This document shows positions 28,188 to 36,394 of a stretch of DNA of 53,396 bases, one piece after another. The position numbers and the translations under genes were made by a program. The notes under the pieces were generated by a model that saw only the letters and a list, made by a program, of their open reading frames with translations, was not told the origin of the DNA and did not search any database. The stretch covers positions 1 through 53,396 of the forward strand of contig CAZOKW010000003.1 in assembly GCA_964580765.1 (NCBI GenBank). Direction: 5' to 3'. The DNA comes from an uncultured Candidatus Saccharibacteria bacterium (GTDB taxonomy: Bacteria; Patescibacteriota; Minisyncoccia; 2-02-FULL-40-12; IGHO2-12-FULL-4). Positions within the stretch are counted from its first letter, which is position 1; every line of letters starts with the position of its first letter.

Positions 28188-28577
28188 CTAAAACCGGCTG
28201 GTCAATATATCTAATAGAACTTTAAAGATGCCCAGGGTAGTATTTAGGGTGGTAATGATCAGCCGGATGAAAAGGGCCAGCACGGCTTTGGCGCTAGAAC
28301 CGATATCATTGGAAGAGAATCCCTCCGTATTGGTCAAATCGCTAAAAGACAGCCCCTTAGGGTCGCTCTTGATGAACTTGGTAACATCAATAGGACTAAA
28401 CTGAAGAGGATTTTGGTTGAAGATGGACTTTGTAGCTTTATCCAAAGGACCAGCTGGATCGTCAAGAGAGTAGGCCCCGGCCGGACCGGCCGGAGAAGAA
28501 AAAAAAGACAAAACAAAAAATAAAATATAAATTATAAAAAATATCCTTCTTCTCAAATATAACAAAATTATACTCAT
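28188..28577 (-). CDS. hypothetical secreted or membrane small protein (possible pilin-like)
   Basis: N-terminal signal-like hydrophobic stretch ending AGPAGA. C-terminal hydrophobic helix AVLALFIRLIITTLNTTLGIFKVLL. Confidence 0.4.
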   Translation of the reverse strand: MSIILLYLRRRIFFIIYILFFVLSFFSSPAGPAGAYSLDDPAGPLDKATKSIFNQNPLQFSPIDVTKFIKSDPKGLSFSDLTNTEGFSSNDIGSSAKAVLALFIRLIITTLNTTLGIFKVLLDILTSRF

Positions 28578-28635
28578 CCCTGTCTTAACTTGACAACATT
28601 AATAAACTTATGTCAAGTGAGTTATCCACAACTGG

Positions 28636-28697
28636 GAAGCCCCAACGGGGCGAAATTAAAAGGTGAGATGCCGACGAGTCTTACGAGCCGGCGCCGC
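28636..28697 (-). terminator. two-hairpin terminator module after ndh, the same family as 24136-24197
   Basis: Minus strand reads gccggctcgtaagactcgtcggc, atctcacctttt, aatttc, gccccgttggggc. Confidence 0.45.
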
Positions 28698-28736
28698 AGG
28701 CCAATTCATGAGACCTTTCTCCCCCGTTCCATGCCT

Positions 28737-29975
28737 CTAATCATTTTTACCAAACACTGAAATCTCCTCACTTAACAAAGAAACCGCTTTAGAGACCGGC
28801 AAAATCGACAAGAAATACCTAAAGTCAACCAACTCCCGCGCCACCCATCCCCAAAATCCGGAAATGGTCAGCCGTTTAGTCAAATGAGCGACGGCAAACT
28901 TCCCTCCCACTGGAGCGATCCAAACATTGTAAAACGGCTGATACGATTTAAGCTGTTTATTTTTAATCAAACGCTCAATATTTTCTGCCACGACCTTTCC
29001 TTCATCCACCGCCACATAAGCTAAGCCGGGAATGGGCTTTTTGGTGGCTTCATCAACAAAAACTGTATTATCCCCCAGGCCAAAAACATCAGCCCACCCC
29101 TCGGCTTGCAAAAAATTATTGACGAGCATTTTACCTTTCTCATCCAACCTTAGTCCAAAAATATTTTTCAAAAACGAAGAAGCGCGGATACCCGCCGCCC
29201 AGATGATAAAGTCCGCTTCATGTTTTTGTCCGCCATCAATTTGCACAAAATTAGAACCGACTTCGGTAATCTTACTGTTCTCCAAAATTTCTATTTTTAG
29301 ATTGGTCAATCTTTTTCGAATTATTCCTCTTTCTTTTTCCGAAATCATCGGCAAGATCTGTGGAGCGGCTTCAACTATTTTAATATTGTAGCCGACAGTC
29401 TTGGTTTTCTGTAAATTTCCGGCCAAAGAGGCCAGTTCCGCCGCCAATTCAATACCGTTAAATCCCCCGCCGGCCACTATAAACCCGACCGGTGAAGAAC
29501 GCCGTCCTTCCTTGGCCACTTGAAAAGCTTCGTTTACTTTTTGATTCAAAAAGAGCGCTTCGTCTAAGTTCTTAAACTTGTAGGCATATTCCGAAACGCC
29601 CGGAATACCGAAAGTGTCCGTCTCCGCTCCTAGACCCAAAACCAAATAGTCATAAGCGAAAATTCTCCCCCCTCCGGAAGCAGCTTCTTTTTTTTCTAAG
29701 TCAATCCCGGTAATGGCCGCCTGAACAAAATTGACTTTAGTCCCCTCAAAAATATCGGCATAGGGGATATTAACGGTTCGTCTCAATTCCACATGATAAC
29801 GGTCAGCCCACTTCCCCACCGCCGAACCGACTTCATAGAGAGCGGGCAAGAAAAGGTGGGAATTATTCTTATCCACCAAAACAATCTCCGCTTCCTTAGT
29901 GGAAAGTTTCTTGTCTAAATCCAAAGCCGTTCTGATTCCCCCAAAACCACCCCCTATTATAAGCACCTTTTTCAT
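28737..29975 (-). CDS. ndh: type II NADH dehydrogenase (NDH-2), FAD-dependent oxidoreductase
   Basis: N-terminal KKVLIIGGGFGG dinucleotide fold, plus a second GxGxxG at IVAGGGFNGIELAAEL. Confidence 0.8.
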   Translation of the reverse strand: MKKVLIIGGGFGGIRTALDLDKKLSTKEAEIVLVDKNNSHLFLPALYEVGSAVGKWADRYHVELRRTVNIPYADIFEGTKVNFVQAAITGIDLEKKEAASGGGRIFAYDYLVLGLGAETDTFGIPGVSEYAYKFKNLDEALFLNQKVNEAFQVAKEGRRSSPVGFIVAGGGFNGIELAAELASLAGNLQKTKTVGYNIKIVEAAPQILPMISEKERGIIRKRLTNLKIEILENSKITEVGSNFVQIDGGQKHEADFIIWAAGIRASSFLKNIFGLRLDEKGKMLVNNFLQAEGWADVFGLGDNTVFVDEATKKPIPGLAYVAVDEGKVVAENIERLIKNKQLKSYQPFYNVWIAPVGGKFAVAHLTKRLTISGFWGWVARELVDFRYFLSILPVSKAVSLLSEEISVFGKND

Positions 29976-30065
29976 AATATTTATTTTTATTCCCCTCCCC
30001 CGCCGATAATTAAAATTTGTTTCACAAATTTAGTTCATCAAGAACATTATAACCTTATAACTCTT

Positions 30066-31397
30066 TTATAGGTAATCTAATGGATTTATTGAACCTTCAA
30101 AATAGTTAAAATATAACTGGCCGTTTTTTTCGTTGATATAAGTAAAGAAATCTTTATAAACACTTAGATGTAAATGGGAGCCGGTGGAATTTCCGGTAGA
30201 CCCCTCATAACCGATAACATCACTGGCCGTAACCGCCAAACCATTAACCAAACCGGAAGGAGCGCGCAGATGAGCGTAAACACTGACCAATCCGCCATTG
30301 TGCCGCACAGCCACCCAATGGCCGAAACCATCGTTAAACCCGCTGGCCAAAATATTTCCGGCGGCCATCGGATGAATGGCCGTACCATAACCGCCCGCCA
30401 AATCAATCCCGTTATGAGGAGCGCCACCATAAGGTTTTCGTCTGGAACGGGCATAAGCGGTATATCCGTAACCTTGGGTAATGTGATATTCATCTTCCGG
30501 CCATTGAAAAATTTTAGTTCCCCGCGGAGGAACCGCATCAGCCGTCACATGTACGATAAAAGCCCCAGACTGCAAGGCCTGATCTTCCAAATTCTTTAAT
30601 TCCGCGAAAAACTCCGCTTCTTTCTTCTCCGTTTCCGCCAGTAATTTTTGATACTCCGCCTCCTGCCCCTTGGTCCTGACCAAAAGATTGTTCTTGTTCG
30701 ATTTGGTGCCGCTTAAAGCCACCTGCTGATTCTTCTGTGAATTATTCAACTTTTCCAAATCCTGTTTTTTTATTTCCAGTTCGGTCTTATTTTCTTCCAG
30801 TTCTTGGCGTTCGTTTTTTAAAACAGTAATGGCGGCCAACAAACTCTTGTTTAAATTATCGGCCTGCTTGGCTTGATCCAAAAAATCGGAAAGGTGGTTA
30901 TTTTTCAACAAAATAGCCAGCCAGTTTTCCCGGTCGTTTTGATACATCATTTTCAGTAAACTGCCCACCGTATCTTGACGATTTTTGATCTTTTCGTGCC
31001 GGTCAAAAATTTTATCGCGCAAATCCCCGATTACCAACTGTGTAGAGGAAATCTTATTTCCGGTTATTCTGACTTCCGTTTCCAACCGGCTGATCTGATT
31101 GGTCAAAACGCTTATTTCTTTTTGTAAACTAGTCGCCTCCTTTTGCTTGCCGGAAACAACTTTTTTATATTCATCTGATTTCTTTTGCAGTTCTTCCAAC
31201 TGTTTTCTCAAGTCCAATATTTTCTGATTGACATCTTCCGCCGCCAATCCAGATCCGGAATAAAAAAAGAAAGAGAAGAAAACGACCAGGCAAATCAGCC
31301 ATACACCTACCTGAAAACTCCCGAGCGACAAGTCGAGGGTCGAAGGTAGGTTGTATTGCTGATTTGCTAAAAATTTACTTTTGAATTGCTTTTTCAA
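30066..31397 (-). CDS. M23 family metallopeptidase with coiled-coil region (EnvC-like)
   Basis: Long coiled-coil. C-terminal HNGIDLA...GSTGNSTGSHLHLSV M23 motifs. The N-terminal 35 codons are encoded by the family-2 element copy at 31292-31365. Confidence 0.7.
   Translation of the reverse strand: MKKQFKSKFLANQQYNLPSTLDLSLGSFQVGVWLICLVVFFSFFFYSGSGLAAEDVNQKILDLRKQLEELQKKSDEYKKVVSGKQKEATSLQKEISVLTNQISRLETEVRITGNKISSTQLVIGDLRDKIFDRHEKIKNRQDTVGSLLKMMYQNDRENWLAILLKNNHLSDFLDQAKQADNLNKSLLAAITVLKNERQELEENKTELEIKKQDLEKLNNSQKNQQVALSGTKSNKNNLLVRTKGQEAEYQKLLAETEKKEAEFFAELKNLEDQALQSGAFIVHVTADAVPPRGTKIFQWPEDEYHITQGYGYTAYARSRRKPYGGAPHNGIDLAGGYGTAIHPMAAGNILASGFNDGFGHWVAVRHNGGLVSVYAHLRAPSGLVNGLAVTASDVIGYEGSTGNSTGSHLHLSVYKDFFTYINEKNGQLYFNYFEGSINPLDYL
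31292..31365. mobile_element. family-2 RPE-like element, copy 4, antisense within the 5' end of the M23 peptidase gene
   Basis: aaatcagccatacacctacc...cccgagcgacaagtcgagggtcgaaggtaggttgtattgctgattt. Confidence 0.6.
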
Positions 31398-32835
31398 TTC
31401 TAGTAAGTGTTTTATCTCGTCCTAATATACCCATAATCTGCACCGGATCGGGAGAAAACTTCTCTCCGCTTAAAGCCACCCGCAAAGGCCAATAAACCGC
31501 CCCTCTGTCTCCGCCGAATTCTTTTTCGGCCAATTGATCCAACTCGGAACGAATATATTTCTCATCAAAAATCTCCCACTCAGTTTTGCTTTCCAAAATT
31601 TCTTTAGCTAATTCTAGGGCCTTTTTTGCCCCCTCCTTATCCGATTTTTTCCAGACCAGTAAATCAGATTCGTACTCCGGCTCGACAAAGAAAAACTTAA
31701 ATTCTTTAACCTGCTCAAAATGTTCTAATCGCTCCCGCAACATCGGCGCTATTTTGATAATTTTTTCATTGGCCTGCTCTCCAAAATATTTTTCCACAAA
31801 GTGTTTGGCTGCTTCGGCCAGTCCCTCGTCGTTGAACATTTTAATATACTGCGAGTTAACCCAGTTTAATTTTTTGATATCAAAAATCGCTCCGCTTTGA
31901 TGAACTTTTTCTAAACTAAACTGCTCAATAATTTCATTCTTGGTTAGTATCTCTCTGTCTCCCTCCGAACTCCACCCCAACGCCGCCAAAAAATTCACCA
32001 TGGCCTCCGGCAGATAACCAGACTCTTTGTAAAAAGAAAAATCAGTTGATCCGTGTCGTTTGGAAAGCTTGGAACGGTCCGCCCCCAAAAGCAAAGGCAA
32101 ATGGGCAAATTGTGGGACCGGCGCTCCCAACGCTTCGAAAATTAGAATTTGTTTGGGAGTGTTGGAAATGTGGTCTTCGCCACGAATGACATGACTTATT
32201 TGCATTTCATAGTCGTCCACCGCCACGGCAAAATTGTAGAGCGGAGTTTGCAGGTTTTTCGCCAAACTCAAATCCCCCACCACTTTCTGCTCAAACTCAA
32301 TATGACCCCGAACCGCGTCTTCAAAATGAATAATTCTGGTCGAATTTTCATCTACCGCCAATCTAATGATCCCTGGCTTGCCCTCCGAAGCTTTACTGTG
32401 TCCGTCCGAAGCGCTTCGCGAAGGAGGAGCGAAGGAGGGATATTTATGTTCGCAAATATGGCGTGGCGCTTCTTTTTTGGTCATCTGCTCCTCTTTTTCT
32501 TTATTTAGTTCCTCAATGGAGTGATAGCACCAAAAGGCCTTTTTCTCTTCCAAAAGTTTTTGTAAATATTTTTCATAGAGGGCCGACCGTTCACTGGAAC
32601 GATAAAACTCATCCCATTTTAAACCCAGCCACTCCAAACCGGACATGATGCTTTTCTCAAATTCGGATCTTGATCTTTCCTTGTCGGTATCCTCAATTCG
32701 TAAAATAAATTCACCGCCATGGTGGCGGGCAAAAAGCCAATTATACAAAGCCGATTGAGCTGTGCCCACATGTAAATTCCCCGTCGGCGAAGGCGCCACC
32801 CTAGTCCGAATTTTTAGCTTTTGAACTTTAGTCAT
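31375..32835 (-). CDS. gltX: glutamyl-tRNA synthetase with an in-frame family-3 element insertion
   Basis: RVAPSPTGNLHVGTAQSALYNWLFARHHGG and KLSKRHG class-I motifs. The insert EHKYPSFAPPSRSASDGHSKASEGK precedes the conserved PGIIRLAV. Confidence 0.85.
   Translation of the reverse strand: MTKVQKLKIRTRVAPSPTGNLHVGTAQSALYNWLFARHHGGEFILRIEDTDKERSRSEFEKSIMSGLEWLGLKWDEFYRSSERSALYEKYLQKLLEEKKAFWCYHSIEELNKEKEEQMTKKEAPRHICEHKYPSFAPPSRSASDGHSKASEGKPGIIRLAVDENSTRIIHFEDAVRGHIEFEQKVVGDLSLAKNLQTPLYNFAVAVDDYEMQISHVIRGEDHISNTPKQILIFEALGAPVPQFAHLPLLLGADRSKLSKRHGSTDFSFYKESGYLPEAMVNFLAALGWSSEGDREILTKNEIIEQFSLEKVHQSGAIFDIKKLNWVNSQYIKMFNDEGLAEAAKHFVEKYFGEQANEKIIKIAPMLRERLEHFEQVKEFKFFFVEPEYESDLLVWKKSDKEGAKKALELAKEILESKTEWEIFDEKYIRSELDQLAEKEFGGDRGAVYWPLRVALSGEKFSPDPVQIMGILGRDKTLTRIEKAIQK
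32380..32439. mobile_element. family-3 (CCGAAGC) element inside gltX
   Basis: gccctccgaagctttactgtgtccgtccgaagcgcttcgcgaaggaggagcgaaggaggg, differing at 1 of 60 positions from 25700-25759. Confidence 0.7.
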
Positions 32836-32903
32836 ATTAAAATATTAACATATTTTTATGACTATCCTCAATACTTAATATTTGTGATAATTTAAAGGTA
32901 TAG

Positions 32904-33536
32904 ATGTATGTAATTGAGGTCATCCCCCTTGTCGCTATTCAGCGCAATCAAAAACGGATTTATAGCTTTTTCCATGCCGAAAACCTTCCGGCCGGAAGTT
33001 TGGTGGAGGTGCTTGTTAGTGGTAAAAAAACAAAAGCCGTTGCTATAAATTCCCAAAGTATAAAATACCTTAAAATCCGGCTCAAAAAAGAGGCCGATTT
33101 TGAATTAAAGCCGATTATTAAAGTTCTAAACAAAAACCCTGCTCCGAATTTTGACATCGCTCTTTGGTTTCCGGCCCCAAAAATTAAAGAGAAAAAAACA
33201 AAAGAACGACCGAGCGAAGAGCGAGGAAGTGGTGAGCCCAGCAGGGCGAATCCAGAGAAAGTTGAAAACTTGTTAAACGGTTACTTAGAAAAACTGGCCG
33301 AAAGAAAAGTGGCCAGCAAAGCTAAAAACTACATGCAGGAAACGGCCGAGGAATATCTTAAATATATTGATTGGGAGAATGATTCGTTTGAGGAAGACAT
33401 GCGCCTCTTCTGGATATCGGCCTCAAATTACTATAAAAGGCATACACATCACGATTTTGTAAAAATTTTGGAATGGGTAAAGAAAAAGGACTCCTTAAGC
33501 CCGAAACAAGTGGCTAAACTGTTCAACAAAGAATAA
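32904..33536 (+). CDS. hypothetical protein with a PriA N-terminal (3' DNA-binding)-like domain, no helicase domains
   Basis: VIEVIPLVAIQRNQKRIYSFFHAENLPAGSLVEVLVSGKKTKAVAI resembles the PriA N-terminus. It occupies the priA position upstream of def-fmt. Confidence 0.4.
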   Translation: MYVIEVIPLVAIQRNQKRIYSFFHAENLPAGSLVEVLVSGKKTKAVAINSQSIKYLKIRLKKEADFELKPIIKVLNKNPAPNFDIALWFPAPKIKEKKTKERPSEERGSGEPSRANPEKVENLLNGYLEKLAERKVASKAKNYMQETAEEYLKYIDWENDSFEEDMRLFWISASNYYKRHTHHDFVKILEWVKKKDSLSPKQVAKLFNKE

Positions 33537-33555
33537 AAAAGGTATATTAAGCGCG

Positions 33556-34002
33556 ATGGACATCATTAAAGAACCGAATCAAATACTGCATCAAAAACTG
33601 GCGGAAGTGCCGGAGATTTCGGCTGGAATAAAAGAACTTATTGCAGAAATGAGAATAAAAATGGTGGAAGCACAAGGAGTAGGACTGGCCGCTAATCAGG
33701 TTGGAGAAAATTTGCAGATTTTTGTGATTGATAAAAAACTAGCTGAAGAAAACAAAGTTCCCGATACCTTCATCAATCCGGAAGTCAGCGAATATTCCCG
33801 TGAACAAGAGGAAATGGAAGAAGGGTGTTTGTCGCTTCCCGAATATTTTATCTCCATATCTCGTTCTAAAAAGATAAAAATAAAAGCCATGGATGAGAAC
33901 GGTAAAAAGATCCGTTTTAAGGCCAAAGGATTTTTGGCCAGAGTTTTACAGCACGAAACCGATCATCTAAATGGTCTATTAATTAAAGATAGGGTGAGCT
34001 AG
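33556..34002 (+). CDS. def: peptide deformylase
   Basis: GVGLAANQVG, EGCLSLPE and QHETDHLNG motifs. Confidence 0.85.
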   Translation: MDIIKEPNQILHQKLAEVPEISAGIKELIAEMRIKMVEAQGVGLAANQVGENLQIFVIDKKLAEENKVPDTFINPEVSEYSREQEEMEEGCLSLPEYFISISRSKKIKIKAMDENGKKIRFKAKGFLARVLQHETDHLNGLLIKDRVS

Positions 34003-34014
34003 TGCCAACAAAAT

Positions 34015-34338
34015 ATGATTACTTATGAAGACTTCAAAAAATTAGAATTGCGTGTGGCCAAAATAATAGAAGCGGAAAGAGTAGAAGGATCGGAGAAACT
34101 TTTGAAATTAAAACTGGATTTAGGCGAGCCGGAACCCAGGCAAGTCATCGCCGGCATCGGCAAAAATTATGAGCCCGAAAAACTAATTGGCCAAGAAATT
34201 ATTATTGTGGCCAATTTGGAACCAAAACAATTAATAGGACTGGAAAGCAACGGCATGCTTTTGGCCGCCGACAGCATCAACGGCCCGGTAATTTTAATAC
34301 CGGAAAAAGAAGTCGAACCGGGCGCAATTATAAAGTAG
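34015..34338 (+). CDS. tRNA-binding (CsaA/EMAP/MetRS-C-like) domain protein
   Basis: LELRVAKIIEAERVEGSEKLLKLKLDLGE...RQVIAGIG is a typical OB-fold tRNA-binding domain. Confidence 0.7.
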   Translation: MITYEDFKKLELRVAKIIEAERVEGSEKLLKLKLDLGEPEPRQVIAGIGKNYEPEKLIGQEIIIVANLEPKQLIGLESNGMLLAADSINGPVILIPEKEVEPGAIIK

Positions 34339-34398
34339 AGGGGAAGAAATTGGCTGGCATTGCTTTTGAAAGTGCTGCGCTTTAATTATTTTAAGCAA

Positions 34399-34589
34399 AG
34401 TACCCACCCATCTTTTTTCAAATATGGTCGATTGGTTGCAAATTACCGAAGCGGAGTGAAAATTTGGCCGGTAGATTAAAATTCGGTCCGACTCTTGGAG
34501 GGGTACTGAATTTTAGTCGGCAAATTGAACGGAGCGAGGATAATTTGTCCAAGAGGGCATCTTGAAAAGAGAGGGGTGGGGACGGAGCT
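34399..34589 (+). ncRNA. candidate structured element SE, copy 2, upstream of fmt
   Basis: About 95% identical to copy 1. The 5' end gtacccacccatcttttttcaa is complementary to the 3' end cttgaaaagagaggggtggggac. It ends 9 nt before the fmt ATG. Confidence 0.4.
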
Positions 34590-34597
34590 GAAAACAA

Positions 34598-35488
34598 ATG
34601 AAAATTATTTTCTTTGGAACTTTTCAGTACGCCGTTCCGGCTTTGGAACGGTTAATTAAGGCCGGCTATGAGATTGTGGCCGTTGTCACTAACCCCGATT
34701 CTTTTCAGGGAAGAAAGAAAGAATTGGTGGCCAGTCCCGTCAAACTCGCCGCCCAGCAATACGGCTTAACTGTTTTTCAGCCTCCCAGTTTGAAAATTGG
34801 AAAATTAGAAAATTATTTGGAAATTGAAAATTTTAAATTGAAAATTAAATCCGCCGATCTGGGCATCGTCGTAGCCTACAGCAAAATAATCCCAAAAGAA
34901 ATTTTGGGATTATTTCCTAAAGGTGTTTTGAACATTCACCCCTCTCTCCTGCCCCTTTACCGGGGTCCCTCCCCTATTCAGTCGGCTATTTTAAACGGAG
35001 AAAAAGAAACGGGAGTAACCATTATGCAAATTGACGAAGAAGTGGATCACGGGGCCATTTTATCTCAAGCCAAATATGTAATTCCTCCCGAAGCGCTCCA
35101 CCCCCAAATTGCCATGGAAATTTTCCAGTTAGGAGCAGAACTTTTAATTAAAACTATCCCCGATTGGCTGGCTGGAAAAATCATCCCCCAGCCCCAAGAA
35201 CACACTTGTGCCACTTTTACTAAAAAATTCTCCTGGGAAAACGGGCGAATTGATTGGAATCAGCCGGCGGAAAAAATATATAACCAAATCCGCGCCCTCA
35301 ATCCTGAACCCGGCACCTGGACCACTTGGAAACGGGGTTTCCAAGTGAAAATCTTGAAAATATTAAAAGCCGAAATCGGAGAGGATGGAAAAGTACTTCC
35401 TCAAGAAGTCCAACCGGAAGGCAAAAAAGCCATGCCTTTCCAAGATTTCCTCCGTGGAGTTGGCCAAAAAGAACTGGATTTTAAATAG
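34598..35488 (+). CDS. fmt: methionyl-tRNA formyltransferase
   Basis: IIFFGT and HPSLLPLYRGPSPIQ SLLP-type motifs. There is a low-complexity AT-rich insertion LKIGKLENYLEIENFKLKIKS at 34795-34860. Confidence 0.85.
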   Translation: MKIIFFGTFQYAVPALERLIKAGYEIVAVVTNPDSFQGRKKELVASPVKLAAQQYGLTVFQPPSLKIGKLENYLEIENFKLKIKSADLGIVVAYSKIIPKEILGLFPKGVLNIHPSLLPLYRGPSPIQSAILNGEKETGVTIMQIDEEVDHGAILSQAKYVIPPEALHPQIAMEIFQLGAELLIKTIPDWLAGKIIPQPQEHTCATFTKKFSWENGRIDWNQPAEKIYNQIRALNPEPGTWTTWKRGFQVKILKILKAEIGEDGKVLPQEVQPEGKKAMPFQDFLRGVGQKELDFK

Positions 35489-35512
35489 AAAACTTGCTAT
35501 TGTAAAAATCTA

Positions 35513-36301
35513 ATGACTGAAAAATCACCGGACCTGCCCTTCCGAAGCTCCGATTTATCCTTCGAAACTTTAGTGAAGGAGGAAGGAGCGAAGGAGGGAA
35601 AAATATTGGAAGTTAAGGACTTGGCTGTCTCTTTTGACAGTTTTAATGTTTTTCATGACATCTCTTTTGAACTGGCCCGCGGAGAAGTGATGGCGGTAGT
35701 CGGACCGAACGGCTCCGGAAAGACGGTTTTATTCCGGGCGCTTTTGAAATTAATTCGTTATCAAGGCGCGGTAATCTGGAACAAGGACATCAAGATTGGC
35801 TATGTGCCCCAAAAACTTTTTGTGGATAGCCAATTCCCCGTCAGCGTCGGTGACTTTTTTAAATTCAAAACTAAATCCAAGGAAGCCATGACAGAGGCCC
35901 TAAATTCCGTTGGTTTCAGCGAAGATTTTGAACATCTCAAACATCATGTCTTAAACAAAAAGTTAGGAGCGCTTTCTGGAGGACAACTCCAAAGAGTCCT
36001 GATTGCCTGGAGCATCATCAACAAGCCGGACATCCTTCTTTTTGACGAACCGACTTCCGGTATCGATATCGGCGGAGAAGAAACTATTTACAACCTCCTG
36101 CACAAACTCCAAGCCAGTTCCCACTTAGCGCTCATTTTAATTTCGCACGACCTGAATATTGTTTACAAATATGCCGATAAGGTTTTATGCCTTAACAAAG
36201 AAGCAATTTGCTACGGCCCCCCGCATGAAGTATTAAATACTGCCAATTTAAGCCAGCTCTACGGAGGAGAAACAAAATTTTACGAACACAAACATGAGTA
36301 G
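35513..36301 (+). CDS. ABC transporter ATP-binding protein (ZnuC/MntB-like)
   Basis: Walker A GPNGSGKT, signature LSGGQLQRV, Walker B LLFDEPTSGID. The first 30 codons are a family-3 element. An alternative TTG start at 35606 has AGGAGG 8 nt upstream, supplied by the element. Confidence 0.75.
   Translation: MTEKSPDLPFRSSDLSFETLVKEEGAKEGKILEVKDLAVSFDSFNVFHDISFELARGEVMAVVGPNGSGKTVLFRALLKLIRYQGAVIWNKDIKIGYVPQKLFVDSQFPVSVGDFFKFKTKSKEAMTEALNSVGFSEDFEHLKHHVLNKKLGALSGGQLQRVLIAWSIINKPDILLFDEPTSGIDIGGEETIYNLLHKLQASSHLALILISHDLNIVYKYADKVLCLNKEAICYGPPHEVLNTANLSQLYGGETKFYEHKHE
35535..35598. mobile_element. family-3 (CCGAAGC) element at the 5' end of the ABC ATPase gene
   Basis: gcccttccgaagctccgatttatccttcgaaactttagtgaaggaggaaggagcgaaggaggg. 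Confidence 0.55.
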
Positions 36302-36380
36302 ATTGGATTGTAGGCTCCGGTGAACATACTTTTTTATTCGACGGTGCTCAAAAAAAAGTGTTCCCCTCCGCCTCCAATCC
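36301..36380. repeat. family-1 hairpin element (reverse orientation) between the ABC ATPase and permease genes
   Basis: gattggattgtaggctccggtgaacatacttttttattcgacggtgctcaaaaaaaagtgttcccctccgcctccaatcc. It is the reverse complement of 21144-21213, with a copy-specific outer stem. Confidence 0.65.
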
Positions 36381-36394
36381 ATCTTTAAATTTTT

